Part shown: one piece after another, positions 1 to 9,894 of the stretch
Layout: every line of letters starts with the position of its first letter
Position numbering within the stretch: the first letter of the stretch is position 1
IMG/VR virus record: IMGVR_UViG_3300045199_000074
Length of the DNA stretch: 64,000 nucleotides
From: a virus
Reading direction: 5' to 3' (one strand)
The notes under the pieces: generated by a model
The model's database searches: none
What the model was told of the DNA's origin: nothing
The model's input: the letters and a program-made list of their open reading frames with translations, nothing else
Position numbers and translations under genes: made by a program

Positions 1-2
1 AT

Positions 3-440
3 GCGCAAGCTACTACTTTTTATGCTGACGAGACTGCTGTTCTTGACGGCGCTATTTACGCAGACAAGGTGATGAATAAATCTCTCAACCAAAATGTTCG
101 AATTAACACCAGGCTGTATAAATTGATTGATCCACTTTTCTCGTCTGAAGCGCAGGTTGATCTTCTTGTCGACGCAGCTGTTGAAGCAGCATTAACTGAA
201 GCTTCTCTGGTGGGGGAAGAGGATATAGAAATTAATGAGAATGATTTCTCAGAATTTAATTCTGTAGCAGATGAATCCGTTGACACAGCTGTCCGTGCCG
301 AAATTGATAGCGATTTTATGTCAGATGTAGAAGCTGAATTGGTATTATCATCTGCTAATCTGGATGCTGATCCAGTTGCGGTTTCGGCTCCTGTGTTAGT
401 GACACCAGAAAGATCTGGTCTGTTGCCTTCTTTATTTTAA
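3..440 (+). CDS. 3' part of a gene truncated by the window edge, acidic C-terminus, function unknown
   Basis: The frame of ORF 69..440 stays open back to position 3 (AQATTFYADETAVLDGAIYADKVMNK...). No family recognised. Confidence 0.6.
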   Translation, partial: AQATTFYADETAVLDGAIYADKVMNKSLNQNVRINTRLYKLIDPLFSSEAQVDLLVDAAVEAALTEASLVGEEDIEINENDFSEFNSVADESVDTAVRAEIDSDFMSDVEAELVLSSANLDADPVAVSAPVLVTPERSGLLPSLF

Positions 441-479
441 GATTTCGACGAAACACAATATTGCATAGAAGGAAATAAA

Positions 480-3227
480 ATGGAAATTGAACAAAATACC
501 GAAAGCACAGGCGTCCTCGATGTTACTATCGAGAATATGATGAATAGTTCCTATTTGAACTACGCGATGAGCGTCATTGTTAGTCGTGCAGTTCCTGACG
601 TTCGTGATGGTATGAAGCCTGTTCATCGTCGTATCGTACACGCTATGAATGAGGGTGGTTATCACGCCAATCGTTCGTATAATAAATCTGCCAAGATTGT
701 CGGCGATGTCATGGGTAACTATCACCCGCATGGTGATGCTGCAATTTATGAAACAATGGTTCGACTTGCTCAGCCTTGGTCGCAACGTCACCCATTGATC
801 GATGGTCAAGGTAACTTCGGTTCTCGCGACGGTGATGGTGCCGCAGCTATGCGTTATACAGAATCTCGTATGACGCGTTTGGCCCATTTTGCTGTAGCTG
901 ATATCGACAAGGATACCGTTGATTGGCAACCAAATTATGATGGCCGTCAACAGGAGCCAAGGGTTCTTCCTGTCCGCTTCCCTAACCTTCTGGTGAATGG
1001 CCAGGAAGGCATTGCGGTTGCAATGGCGACCAAAATCCCGCCGCACAACCTCGGTGAGACGCTCGATGCATGCCTTATGGTTCTGGACAACCCAAATGCT
1101 ACGCTTGATGAGGTTATGACCGTTTTGCCAGGCCCTGATTTCCCAACTGCTGGTACTATTCAGGGTAGCGGTGGCATCCGTGAAGCATATCGTACTGGTC
1201 GCGGATCAATTCGTATTGCTGGGAAGGCTGAAATCGTTGAACTTAAAAACGGCAAGACTCAAATTATAGTAACTGAGCTTCCTTTTGGATACAGCTCGAA
1301 GTCTTTCCAGGAACGTGTAGCTGAACTCGCTAATAAGAAAGAAATTGAAGGTATCACCGAAATTCGTGATGAGGCCGACCGCGTTTCTCCTCTACGGGTT
1401 GTTATTGATCTTCGTCGAGACGTTGATCCTAATATTATTCTCAACACTCTTAAGAAAAAGACGAGTCTGGTTTCATCGTTTGCTTATAATGCGACTGTTC
1501 TAAACAGTCGTGGCAAGCCTCTTGAAATGCCGCTTATGGATATTCTAAACGAATTTGTAGAATTCCGTCGCGTTGTTGTTAGGCGTCGTACTGAGTTTGA
1601 GCTCAATCAAGCTCGTGATGCACTTCATAAACAGCTCGGTTTGTATGCTGCCGTTTCGAAAATTGATGAAATTGTTACGACAATTAAGACATCATCTGAT
1701 GTAGAAACAGCACGTTCTCGTTTGATGGCAATGGAATTTCCAACTTCTGGAGATTTTGCTCAGCTCCTCCTTGAAGCTGATCCTGATGATCCTGTTGGCG
1801 ATATTTTTACGCTATCGGTCATTCAGGCTGACACTATTCTTGAAATGCGCCTGTCTCGATTGACGGGTATTGCACGCGATGAAGTTGCAACCAAGGTGCG
1901 TGAATTTTCTAATCAGATTCGCGGTTACATCCTCATTCTCAATGATATTTCTGTAATGAATGATGTTATTCGCAATGAATTCGAGGAAGTGCGTACAAAG
2001 TTCTCGTCAGACCGCGTTACGGCAATCAGCCCTCATGATGCCGAAGATATTGATGATGAAGACCTTATCGAACGTCGCGACATCGTTATCACTATCAGCA
2101 GGTCTGGATACGTAAAGACAACTGAATTGTCATCTTATCGCGAGCAGAAGCGTGGCGGTAAAGGTCGCAACGGTATGGAAACCAAGGACGACGATTTCGT
2201 CCAGTCAACCATTATCTGCACGACCAAAACACCACTTGTTTTCTTCACAAGTCGTGGGATCGCTCATTCTTTGAAGGCTTACAAGCTGCCTGAAGGAGCA
2301 CCTTCTGCTAAGGGACGGCCATTGGTCAATTTTGTTCCTCTTCGTGACGGTGAAACAATCTCTGCCGTAATTGCTATGCCAGAAGAAGAGGTTGCACTGG
2401 AAAACAAGAGCCTTGTGTTCGTTACAGATTTTGGAACGATCCGTCGAAATGATGCGAAGGCATTCTGGGGAATTAACAAGGCCGGAAAGATCGCTATCAA
2501 ACTTGAAGATGAACATGGCAATCCTGAAGGTCGCTTGGTCGAGGTTCTTCTCTGTTCTAACGAAGACGATGTTATTGTTGTAACTCGTGACAAGGAGTGT
2601 GTCCGTTTCCCGGTTGATGATGTTCGTGAGGTAAAGAGCCGTAACGGTATCGGGGTTAAAGCTATTACTCTTGCTAACGGTAATGAAGTGATTGCAGCGT
2701 CAATCCTGAAGCATGTTCCAGTTTCAGCTGATGAACGGAAGGCCTATTTGGCTGGTGGACGTACTACAGTTGATGTGATCGACACTGGAGAAAGCTACAC
2801 CGTTGAACTTTCGGACGAGCGCATGGCTGAAATGCGTGACAACGAAGAGTTCCTTCTAACGATCTCTGAAAAGGGCTTTGGTAAACGTTCTTCGGCATAT
2901 GGTTATCGAACAACAGCGCGAGGAGCAAAGGGAATAGCCGCTGCGGTAGTTTCTGCAGCAACTGGTCCGCTTGTTGCTTGTTTCCCAGTTGTTGATGAAG
3001 ATGGCTTGGTTCTCATCACTGATGGTGGGCAGGCGATCAGAACCCGAGTTAAGGACGTTAGGAAAACTCTTCGAACTGCTCGTGGTGTGAAAATGTTCCA
3101 GCTTCCAAATGGTCAACGAATCGTAAGTGTTGCCAAGGTTGGTGCAGACGATATTGATGACGCTGAAATCGTGACGCCACTTACAGATTTAGATGGTGAA
3201 GGCGAAGTTGCAGAAAATGTTGAATAA
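480..3227 (+). CDS. gyrA: DNA gyrase subunit A
   Basis: RAVPDVRDGMKPVHRR, YHPHGD, AAAMRYTE (catalytic Tyr), GyrA-box QKRGGKG, C-terminal beta-pinwheel repeats with an alphaproteobacterial-type insertion; AAGGA RBS. Confidence 0.96.
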   Translation: MEIEQNTESTGVLDVTIENMMNSSYLNYAMSVIVSRAVPDVRDGMKPVHRRIVHAMNEGGYHANRSYNKSAKIVGDVMGNYHPHGDAAIYETMVRLAQPWSQRHPLIDGQGNFGSRDGDGAAAMRYTESRMTRLAHFAVADIDKDTVDWQPNYDGRQQEPRVLPVRFPNLLVNGQEGIAVAMATKIPPHNLGETLDACLMVLDNPNATLDEVMTVLPGPDFPTAGTIQGSGGIREAYRTGRGSIRIAGKAEIVELKNGKTQIIVTELPFGYSSKSFQERVAELANKKEIEGITEIRDEADRVSPLRVVIDLRRDVDPNIILNTLKKKTSLVSSFAYNATVLNSRGKPLEMPLMDILNEFVEFRRVVVRRRTEFELNQARDALHKQLGLYAAVSKIDEIVTTIKTSSDVETARSRLMAMEFPTSGDFAQLLLEADPDDPVGDIFTLSVIQADTILEMRLSRLTGIARDEVATKVREFSNQIRGYILILNDISVMNDVIRNEFEEVRTKFSSDRVTAISPHDAEDIDDEDLIERRDIVITISRSGYVKTTELSSYREQKRGGKGRNGMETKDDDFVQSTIICTTKTPLVFFTSRGIAHSLKAYKLPEGAPSAKGRPLVNFVPLRDGETISAVIAMPEEEVALENKSLVFVTDFGTIRRNDAKAFWGINKAGKIAIKLEDEHGNPEGRLVEVLLCSNEDDVIVVTRDKECVRFPVDDVREVKSRNGIGVKAITLANGNEVIAASILKHVPVSADERKAYLAGGRTTVDVIDTGESYTVELSDERMAEMRDNEEFLLTISEKGFGKRSSAYGYRTTARGAKGIAAAVVSAATGPLVACFPVVDEDGLVLITDGGQAIRTRVKDVRKTLRTARGVKMFQLPNGQRIVSVAKVGADDIDDAEIVTPLTDLDGEGEVAENVE

Positions 3228-3237
3228 ATAAATGATT

Positions 3238-3271
3238 TTTTGGGTGACGAATTAAAAAACGTCACCCAAAA
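3238..3271 (+). terminator. Intrinsic terminator after gyrA
   Basis: ttttgggtgacg / cgtcacccaaaa inverted repeat just after the stop codon. Confidence 0.7.
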
Positions 3272-3313
3272 TAATATTAGGTAATTTCTTTAAATCAGGA
3301 GCGATTAATTAAA

Positions 3314-4549
3314 ATGACCGATCTACGCAATTTGATTATTGGTAAAGGCAGTGAAGCGGCGCTTGCCGTTGACAAGGCAAAAGCAAACGTTGAAGAGGCT
3401 CGCGCTGGCATCGAAGAGGCTAAGCAGCGTTTAGAAGAAGCAAAGTCGCATCTCTCTGATATGAACACTGCTTTTGATAATGTCTTAAGCGAAATGGAAG
3501 CTGCAGGCCTGTCAAAGGGTAAGGCTCGCAGGGCTATCGAAGAAATTAACCAGACGCTCGTTGCTATTGGGGTAATCGCTGGCGAGGATGTGGCTACCGT
3601 AGCGATACCGACTGCGGAGAAACCATCTCGTCGCAAGCGTAAGGAAAAAACTGACGAGACCGAAGAAGATACGAAGTCGACATCTGATGACGCTGAGGCG
3701 TCTGCAGAGACGGCGATGGCAGATACAAGGTTGGAAGTCGTTGAGCAGCCAGTTGTTGTTGAAGTTTCAGATCAGCCATCTGGTGCCGATCTTGAGGTGG
3801 AAGTCGATGAAATCAATGAACTCATCGTTGAATCCACTGTGGATTTTGATGCCAGCCGTGTTGAATTAGTACGATCCATTCTAAAATACGCATTATCTGT
3901 CGCTTATAATGTTGCTTCGAATGAAGGGGCCCAGGTTGATCTGGATTATTTCCGTACCTTTTTGACGGATATCGCTCGTGATCCTGAGCAGGATACGTTT
4001 AAGGGTGATGTGTATAAAGCCTTTGTTAATGTGATTACAGCAGTAGAAAATCAGGAAAGCGAGATAAGTTTTGTTCTCCCACCTGCTGAAGTGGAAACCA
4101 ACAATAATTCTGAAGATTATATTTTTGTTGAGTCGATATTTGGAGGTTCATCTACGGAAATTGTCGAATCTGCAGAAGAAACCGTGGTTGAACCCGTTGA
4201 AGATGAAGTCGGCATCGATGACCTGGAAAAATATTCGGGCGATGATGATGAAATGGTTGATGATTACGAAGACTATCAGATGGACGACGAGTCACATGTT
4301 TCTGATGACGCAACTTTCCCAATTTCAGGAGACAATGAAGTTTCATCGGATGCGGTTTCTGTCATTGATAACATTGACAATATGAATTTCCTTGAAGAGG
4401 TTCAGCCATCTGTGGATATCCAAAAAGACAAATCAGTGGAAAATAAAACCCCTGAAGCTTCTATTAAAAAAGAGGAATCTGAAAAGCCGTCTGAAGAAGC
4501 TCAAAAAGCACGGAAGCCATTCGCTCCACCGCCATTTTTAAAGAGATAA
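3314..4549 (+). CDS. Hypothetical protein, N-terminal coiled coil and very acidic C-terminal half
   Basis: 411-aa ORF with coding-like composition, followed by a terminator. Confidence 0.8.
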   Translation: MTDLRNLIIGKGSEAALAVDKAKANVEEARAGIEEAKQRLEEAKSHLSDMNTAFDNVLSEMEAAGLSKGKARRAIEEINQTLVAIGVIAGEDVATVAIPTAEKPSRRKRKEKTDETEEDTKSTSDDAEASAETAMADTRLEVVEQPVVVEVSDQPSGADLEVEVDEINELIVESTVDFDASRVELVRSILKYALSVAYNVASNEGAQVDLDYFRTFLTDIARDPEQDTFKGDVYKAFVNVITAVENQESEISFVLPPAEVETNNNSEDYIFVESIFGGSSTEIVESAEETVVEPVEDEVGIDDLEKYSGDDDEMVDDYEDYQMDDESHVSDDATFPISGDNEVSSDAVSVIDNIDNMNFLEEVQPSVDIQKDKSVENKTPEASIKKEESEKPSEEAQKARKPFAPPPFLKR

Positions 4550-4568
4550 TATCTTGATATAATGAATA

Positions 4569-4603
4569 AAAGGGCGTTGGATGTAAGAAATCCAGCGCCC
4601 TTT
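4569..4603 (+). terminator. Intrinsic terminator
   Basis: aaagggcgttggat / atccagcgcccttt stem followed by T-rich sequence. Confidence 0.75.
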
Positions 4604-4961
4604 CTGTTTTGCCATATCCCGTGTTTTTTATAAGGAGCTCAATTAGCTGAGCGTCTATGAATTGAACATTATTTGTTTTAATTCCCGTCATGGCGTCGCT
4701 ATTTAAATGACGGTAGCATTTTAAAGTGGGAACGCAACCGTCTTTCCAGTACGCTGATCAATTGGAAAACGGTAAAGACAACAGGAAGGTTGCATAAGAG
4801 TAGGATATCTTCATCGATATCGATATCGATTTTGCAAGGATTACTAACGCTGAAGACCTGAACATCAAAGAAGACGTTTTGTCCGCAGCGCCTGAATATT
4901 AATGCACGTAGATGGTCGTATAAGGTTGGAGCTTTAATTTAATAAATAATATGAATCCTTG

Positions 4962-5564
4962 TTACTTGATGAAATTCTCTCCATTCCAATAATAAACCTT
5001 ACTTACTCCTGTTTCCTCTGCGACACCTGCAACAAATGAAGTCTTTTCTCCCTCACCATGCTTGAAAACAATATCATGTGCATGGAACTCTAACTGTTTA
5101 TACCAAGTGTGACCAATGAGACTGTAAATCTGAAACAGGCATCCGTCTTCGTTGCAGTCTCCTGGCATCCTAGAGGCGATGATAAGATCATTAAATCCAC
5201 GACGTGTTATATATGCTTGAGCTATTTCAATGCCATAACCCATTGGATTTGGCTTGTTGTAGCGATCTTTATAATCTGGTGCTGCCAGCTCGTTATAGAC
5301 CTTATCTAACAACGGACCATTATTAATCCATGTCGGATTTTCATAGCCGTACTTCAGAAAAGTATCGGTTTGGGTGTCAAATTCTATATCGCTTGCACTG
5401 ATATCTCCATCAACGTCAGCAATTCCATCTAAGTCACTATCAACCTTTGAACTGACTTCTTCTTGGTTTGCCGAAGGCAGTTGCAGTTCTTCAGCGAAAA
5501 CTGGCTGCATAAAAAATTGAAATGTTGTTATATATAGTATTGTTGAGATGCGCTTTAGAAACAT
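4962..5564 (-). CDS. Secreted protein with C-x4-C motif (DCNEDGC)
   Basis: Signal peptide (VFA-EE); overlaps the stop of the upstream gene. Confidence 0.75.
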   Translation of the reverse strand: MFLKRISTILYITTFQFFMQPVFAEELQLPSANQEEVSSKVDSDLDGIADVDGDISASDIEFDTQTDTFLKYGYENPTWINNGPLLDKVYNELAAPDYKDRYNKPNPMGYGIEIAQAYITRRGFNDLIIASRMPGDCNEDGCLFQIYSLIGHTWYKQLEFHAHDIVFKHGEGEKTSFVAGVAEETGVSKVYYWNGENFIK

Positions 5565-7030
5565 CCTCTATATAGCCCCCATTCTACGTGGAAATGCACA
5601 TATGTTCCTGCATATTCTTTATATGTAGGAGACAAGACCTGTCTAAATGTCGAACAAGCAAATGCTTTAGCCTGAGTAACAATTGCACCTTCAGCAGTCG
5701 CTGGCTTATGTATTGCACCGAAACTAATTCTTCTTCCGCCAACAATTAATCCTGGTACGTCTACTGCTCTTCCATAGGCGTGTTCAGACATTTTATTTTT
5801 TACGCCCTTTGCAGTCCGCATTTGGCGGCAGGATAGAGACTGTACATCCGTATATCCTGTTACGCCTAATCCTTTTAGCTGTTGACCCCAGTTTTCCATG
5901 GCCACCGCCATGTCACAGGTCATAGTTACCCAACGACCAAATGGAACGGCCGCACCATTTACGGACACTGCATTTTCCACTAAGCAACTTTGGCCACCTG
6001 AGCTGTAATTATATTGACCCAAAACACGGGGATTAACGCCCATTCCCTTGAGTTTTTCAACACAAGCCGGGTCTGACATAGGACCCGTATTTGAATTCTC
6101 AACGCCATCCTGATCCGCAACAAAATCACTGCCGTATGAACAGGCTAGCACGTATGACCAGCTTCCGGTTCCAGGGCCAAAAGTCTGATTTTCGCACTGT
6201 TCTTTATTGGGGCCTTTGTTTGCCTTTTCTGACATTGCCTCAGCGCTTGCGCATTCTGATCTCGTCATCAGATATGGTCGGTAAGTATTGCAAAATCCTT
6301 GCATATTTGACGGCATATTGCTACACGTGATGCCTTCAATCATTGGCATTACGACATCACATGTTTTCTTGCTCATATCTTTTTCAACTGGATTACATCC
6401 AGCAGTGGCGCACATGAATTTTTCGACACATGTTCCGTTCGCGTCGTTTGTTCCAGTGCTTTTGCCAGGAATACACCTATTTCCATTTTCGATGTATTTT
6501 CTAACTTTGTCAGCACCGAGCTGAGCGCCAGCGAGCAAGGATGTTTGATCAATAGTTTTCCCGCATCCACCCATTGTTTGTCCAACCGCATTATTGGCGC
6601 TCCCAAGGTAGCTAATATTTAATTTATTAATTTCGGCGTATATTTTCTCTTGAGCGTCAGTATTATTTAAAAAGTCTTGATTGCTGGAGATTCCGAATTT
6701 ATCTCTAGCTTTTTGTGTCCACTGAAATTTATTATCTTTGTAATTCCCGTCTTTGGCGGCATAGCCTAGATCTTGTAATTTTCCTTCGCCAATCTGATAT
6801 TTTCCAAGAAATCCAGCATAGTTGACTGCTTGATAACCTCCAGAACCAGCACTTTCGATTTTAGCAATTGCTTCCAATGCACCATCATTACCACAGCTAC
6901 TGTTTCCAACTTCCGTTACAGTTTCTTTGCCGCTTGCAGTAGCGGCAAACCCTTCATTGGGATAGGAACCACCTAATAAAAGAGTAAATATAGATGCTAT
7001 TATTACAAAATTATTATTGCACTTTAACAT
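5555..7030 (-). CDS. Secreted lysozyme-like/transglycosylase domain fused to an Extensin-like C-terminal (M15 peptidase-like) domain
   Basis: N-terminal AIAKIES..G.Y.AVN..GFLGKYQI lysozyme-fold motif; C-terminal C..ENAV, MTCDMA, SCR, SEHAYGRAVD, ACSTFRQVLSP, HFHVE. Confidence 0.8.
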   Translation of the reverse strand: MLKCNNNFVIIASIFTLLLGGSYPNEGFAATASGKETVTEVGNSSCGNDGALEAIAKIESAGSGGYQAVNYAGFLGKYQIGEGKLQDLGYAAKDGNYKDNKFQWTQKARDKFGISSNQDFLNNTDAQEKIYAEINKLNISYLGSANNAVGQTMGGCGKTIDQTSLLAGAQLGADKVRKYIENGNRCIPGKSTGTNDANGTCVEKFMCATAGCNPVEKDMSKKTCDVVMPMIEGITCSNMPSNMQGFCNTYRPYLMTRSECASAEAMSEKANKGPNKEQCENQTFGPGTGSWSYVLACSYGSDFVADQDGVENSNTGPMSDPACVEKLKGMGVNPRVLGQYNYSSGGQSCLVENAVSVNGAAVPFGRWVTMTCDMAVAMENWGQQLKGLGVTGYTDVQSLSCRQMRTAKGVKNKMSEHAYGRAVDVPGLIVGGRRISFGAIHKPATAEGAIVTQAKAFACSTFRQVLSPTYKEYAGTYVHFHVEWGLYRGCF

Positions 7031-7039
7031 TTATCCCCC

Positions 7040-7447
7040 TTATTTTTGTATCGGTGTTAGCGTGTCGCAAGCAATGAAAAATTTGCCGTCTTCAGTTATT
7101 TTGTGAAAGTCTGTATTGCTGCACGCATCTACGTTCATTAGCAAACTGTCATCTTTATAAATTCTGACTGGACACGTATTAACACCGCAATGCCCCATGC
7201 TAGATAGCATCGTTATGGTTAAGTCTGTTCCGTTTACGTTTACATCAGCTACCGACACCGAAGGAACAAGCTCTCCAAACTGTTTGACGTCTGGAAGTTC
7301 ATCCCCCCAATATTTGTCAGCCTCTTTTGAATCTATCGGGTAATCTTTGTACTGAAGAGTTATTTCAGACGAGAATGAAAGCGTCGGAGACATTGATGCC
7401 ATCGATGCAGCGATGGTGTATGCTACTAATTTCAACTTGAAATTCAT
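7040..7447 (-). CDS. Small secreted protein with CGVNTC motif
   Basis: Signal peptide; 9 bp upstream of the lysozyme-fusion gene with a GGGG RBS between them. Confidence 0.75.
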   Translation of the reverse strand: MNFKLKLVAYTIAASMASMSPTLSFSSEITLQYKDYPIDSKEADKYWGDELPDVKQFGELVPSVSVADVNVNGTDLTITMLSSMGHCGVNTCPVRIYKDDSLLMNVDACSNTDFHKITEDGKFFIACDTLTPIQK

Positions 7448-7577
7448 GTCGCCGATCCTTTTAAGTGGATGTAAGTCATTGATGATGTAATCATTCTACT
7501 TAAGCTTGCTCAAGTCAAGGTTATTTGGGGTTGAACCTCTCTCGTAACGTGAATATCATATCTGATAATAACGCCAT

Positions 7578-8381
7578 ATGGTTCTAGCAATGCGTAACAT
7601 TAAATTTTTTCAATCTTGCTTGGCAACAGTCGCTTTGATTGCCGTGGCTGGTTGTTCTCCTGTCACGAAAAAGTTGAACACCGCATCATCTCACGTGAAA
7701 ACCTTTAACGGCACTTATAAGGCTCCCAAATCTGTTTCTGTACAGAATGATATCAAAGGCATCCTTGTAGCAGGTGGATTGAATACAGGTAATCCATCCG
7801 CTCCTACTCGTTCCACTAAAGTCGCCGAAATAATGAATTCAACGAAGCCAAGTCAGGCTGTTACGCAGCTAGTTGCAAAACTAGAAGGGTCTTCAAATCC
7901 AAATCCTTTGCCGAATGTTGAGGATAGTAAGCGACTGGAACAAAGGGTTGAGCCTACAACTCTTATTGCAAGCATCCAGGAAAATCAGAATTCTCAATCT
8001 AAGTCGAAAGCCTCTCGTGTAAAAAGAGAGGTATCACCTGCAAAATCTGATGATTCAGTCATGCTCGCACTGAATACAGTCGCCCCTACTCCAGTCACGA
8101 GACCGGACAACTCTATGAATGTCGCTTTTGATGTCGCTCCTTCAAAGCCAACCGCTCAGATACCTTCGATGACAATTACGGCTCAACGAGATGAGACAAC
8201 CACCCGCTATCCGGATATAGGCATTGAAGTTGCATATGCAGAGCCAATAGAAGCTCCTAAACGCAAAACCACCCCGAAGCGTTCACGACCAGCGCGCGCT
8301 GTTTCTAGTCCAGTGGTAAAAGCTCCTGAGCCTGTTGTTCAACAGGCGAGCTTGCAGGTTGCTAAGCCTCGTAGGTTTTAA
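7578..8381 (-). CDS. Putative lipoprotein, Pro/Ser/Thr-rich
   Basis: Lipobox VAGC after a hydrophobic stretch. Confidence 0.75.
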
Positions 8382-8590
8382 GGGCTAATTCTTAAATTGA
8401 CGAGATAGGGTTTTAAGCCCGATCTCCAAGACGTTCCTTCACCTTGTACAATATGCACATTGTTAATCGTCCATCTTAGGTGTAGCTTTAAAGGTTTTTT
8501 CCAACGCCATAAAGTATTTATTGGAATGCAAATTTTTTGAATGAAGTCCAAGTCTACTTTCAACTTTGATTGATGAAAAACTGTATGATA

Positions 8591-9547
8591 TTACTTATTC
8601 TGGCTCTCTAAGGCGAGATAAGTAACATAAGAACCAATTACTTTTTGCACGTATTCACGTGTTTCTTTGAAAGGAATACTTTCAGCCCAATCGACAGGGT
8701 CAACAATTCCACCACGGGGGTCACCGAACCGCCCGATCCATTCATCCGGGCGAGCAGGTCCTGCATTGTAAGCGGCGGCGGCCAGCATTGCATTATTGTA
8801 TTTATTCATCTGGTCAGCCAAATACCGTGAACCAACCACAATGTTATAATCGGCGTTGTTTCTCATCATGTTCGTGTCGATGTTGACGCCAGCTTTCTTG
8901 CCGACGCCTTTGGCAGTTCCATCAAGCACCTGCATCATCCCTCTGGCAGCCTTGTTACTAAGGGCATTTTGATTGAATCTTGATTCTTCACGAATAATGG
9001 CGTGGACGAATTCTTTCCTTACTCGGGTATCATACCAATAGAGCTTCCTGATTGGATAGGACGAAGCCAAATGCTTCACTTGATCGTATCCTATTTTAAA
9101 TTTAATTTCGGAAGCTGATAATTGACCGTAAAAAGTGTTTGGATATGCCACCGCCGCTTTAAATAAGCGATTTGCTTCTTCTGTTCTGCCACTTTTTTTC
9201 AGAGCTCTTCCTAGCCAATAGCCTGCCTTCGCTCGCGCGGCTGAATTTTTTTCATTGCCCTTAACTGATGATGTCGCCATGGCCATTTTAGAAAAATGAG
9301 TAATCGCAACATCAGGTCTATTTAAGTTTCTTAGTGCTATCCATCCCGCAACAAACTCTTTGTCGAATAGGTTTTCACCAGTTGCTTGGGTTCTGGTTAC
9401 GACTGAATAGGCTTGATCGGCCTTGCCTTGTTCAATTAATCGCATAGAGGAATCGCGAACACTATACCAGCTTTGAGCGCTTGCAATTGATGACGATACA
9501 ATAAGAAACAAAACTGTCAGATACAGGCTGATAAACCGTGGCAGCAT
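8591..9547 (-). CDS. Soluble lytic transglycosylase (SLT domain)
   Basis: AIIREESRFN, ARGMMQV, AAYNAGP, ESIPFKETREYVQKV; signal peptide. Confidence 0.92.
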   Translation of the reverse strand: MLPRFISLYLTVLFLIVSSSIASAQSWYSVRDSSMRLIEQGKADQAYSVVTRTQATGENLFDKEFVAGWIALRNLNRPDVAITHFSKMAMATSSVKGNEKNSAARAKAGYWLGRALKKSGRTEEANRLFKAAVAYPNTFYGQLSASEIKFKIGYDQVKHLASSYPIRKLYWYDTRVRKEFVHAIIREESRFNQNALSNKAARGMMQVLDGTAKGVGKKAGVNIDTNMMRNNADYNIVVGSRYLADQMNKYNNAMLAAAAYNAGPARPDEWIGRFGDPRGGIVDPVDWAESIPFKETREYVQKVIGSYVTYLALESQNK

Positions 9548-9612
9548 CGGTGGTAACGTTCTCTTCGTGATTAATTAGTTAATATTGAATGGAAAAAGTT
9601 CGGAGTTCAAGG

Positions 9613-9894
9613 TTAAGTCACCTCAGCATCTTCAATAACTCTAGTGATTATTCCGGTGGCCATGTGAACACATATAAATGTCGCTGCACTTACAACTGCT
9701 TCTGAAGGAAACGACATGAATGGCTTTTCTGGTGAGTTCGCATTAAAAAAATGAATTCCTTTTTCAAAATCAATTATGCAATCTCTTACGATTATGCAGT
9801 CTTCTTCTTTTACGACATCTATATTCGCGGCTATTTCATTAAGCCCAATTAGTGTGAGTCTCATAAATTCCATAATTACAGGAGTCTGCGACAT
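9613..9894 (-). CDS. Hypothetical protein
   Basis: 93-aa ORF overlapping the upstream gene end; GGAG RBS. Confidence 0.6.
   Translation of the reverse strand: MSQTPVIMEFMRLTLIGLNEIAANIDVVKEEDCIIVRDCIIDFEKGIHFFNANSPEKPFMSFPSEAVVSAATFICVHMATGIITRVIEDAEVT

Noticed and set aside
480-900. Quinolone-resistance allele in gyrA
   Set aside because: Ala at the 83-equivalent position is the usual state in many alphaproteobacteria.
4620-4905. Possible small gene with an ATCGAT x3 microrepeat (4813-4830)
   Set aside because: Every frame is interrupted by stops; at most a degraded gene, no supportable call.
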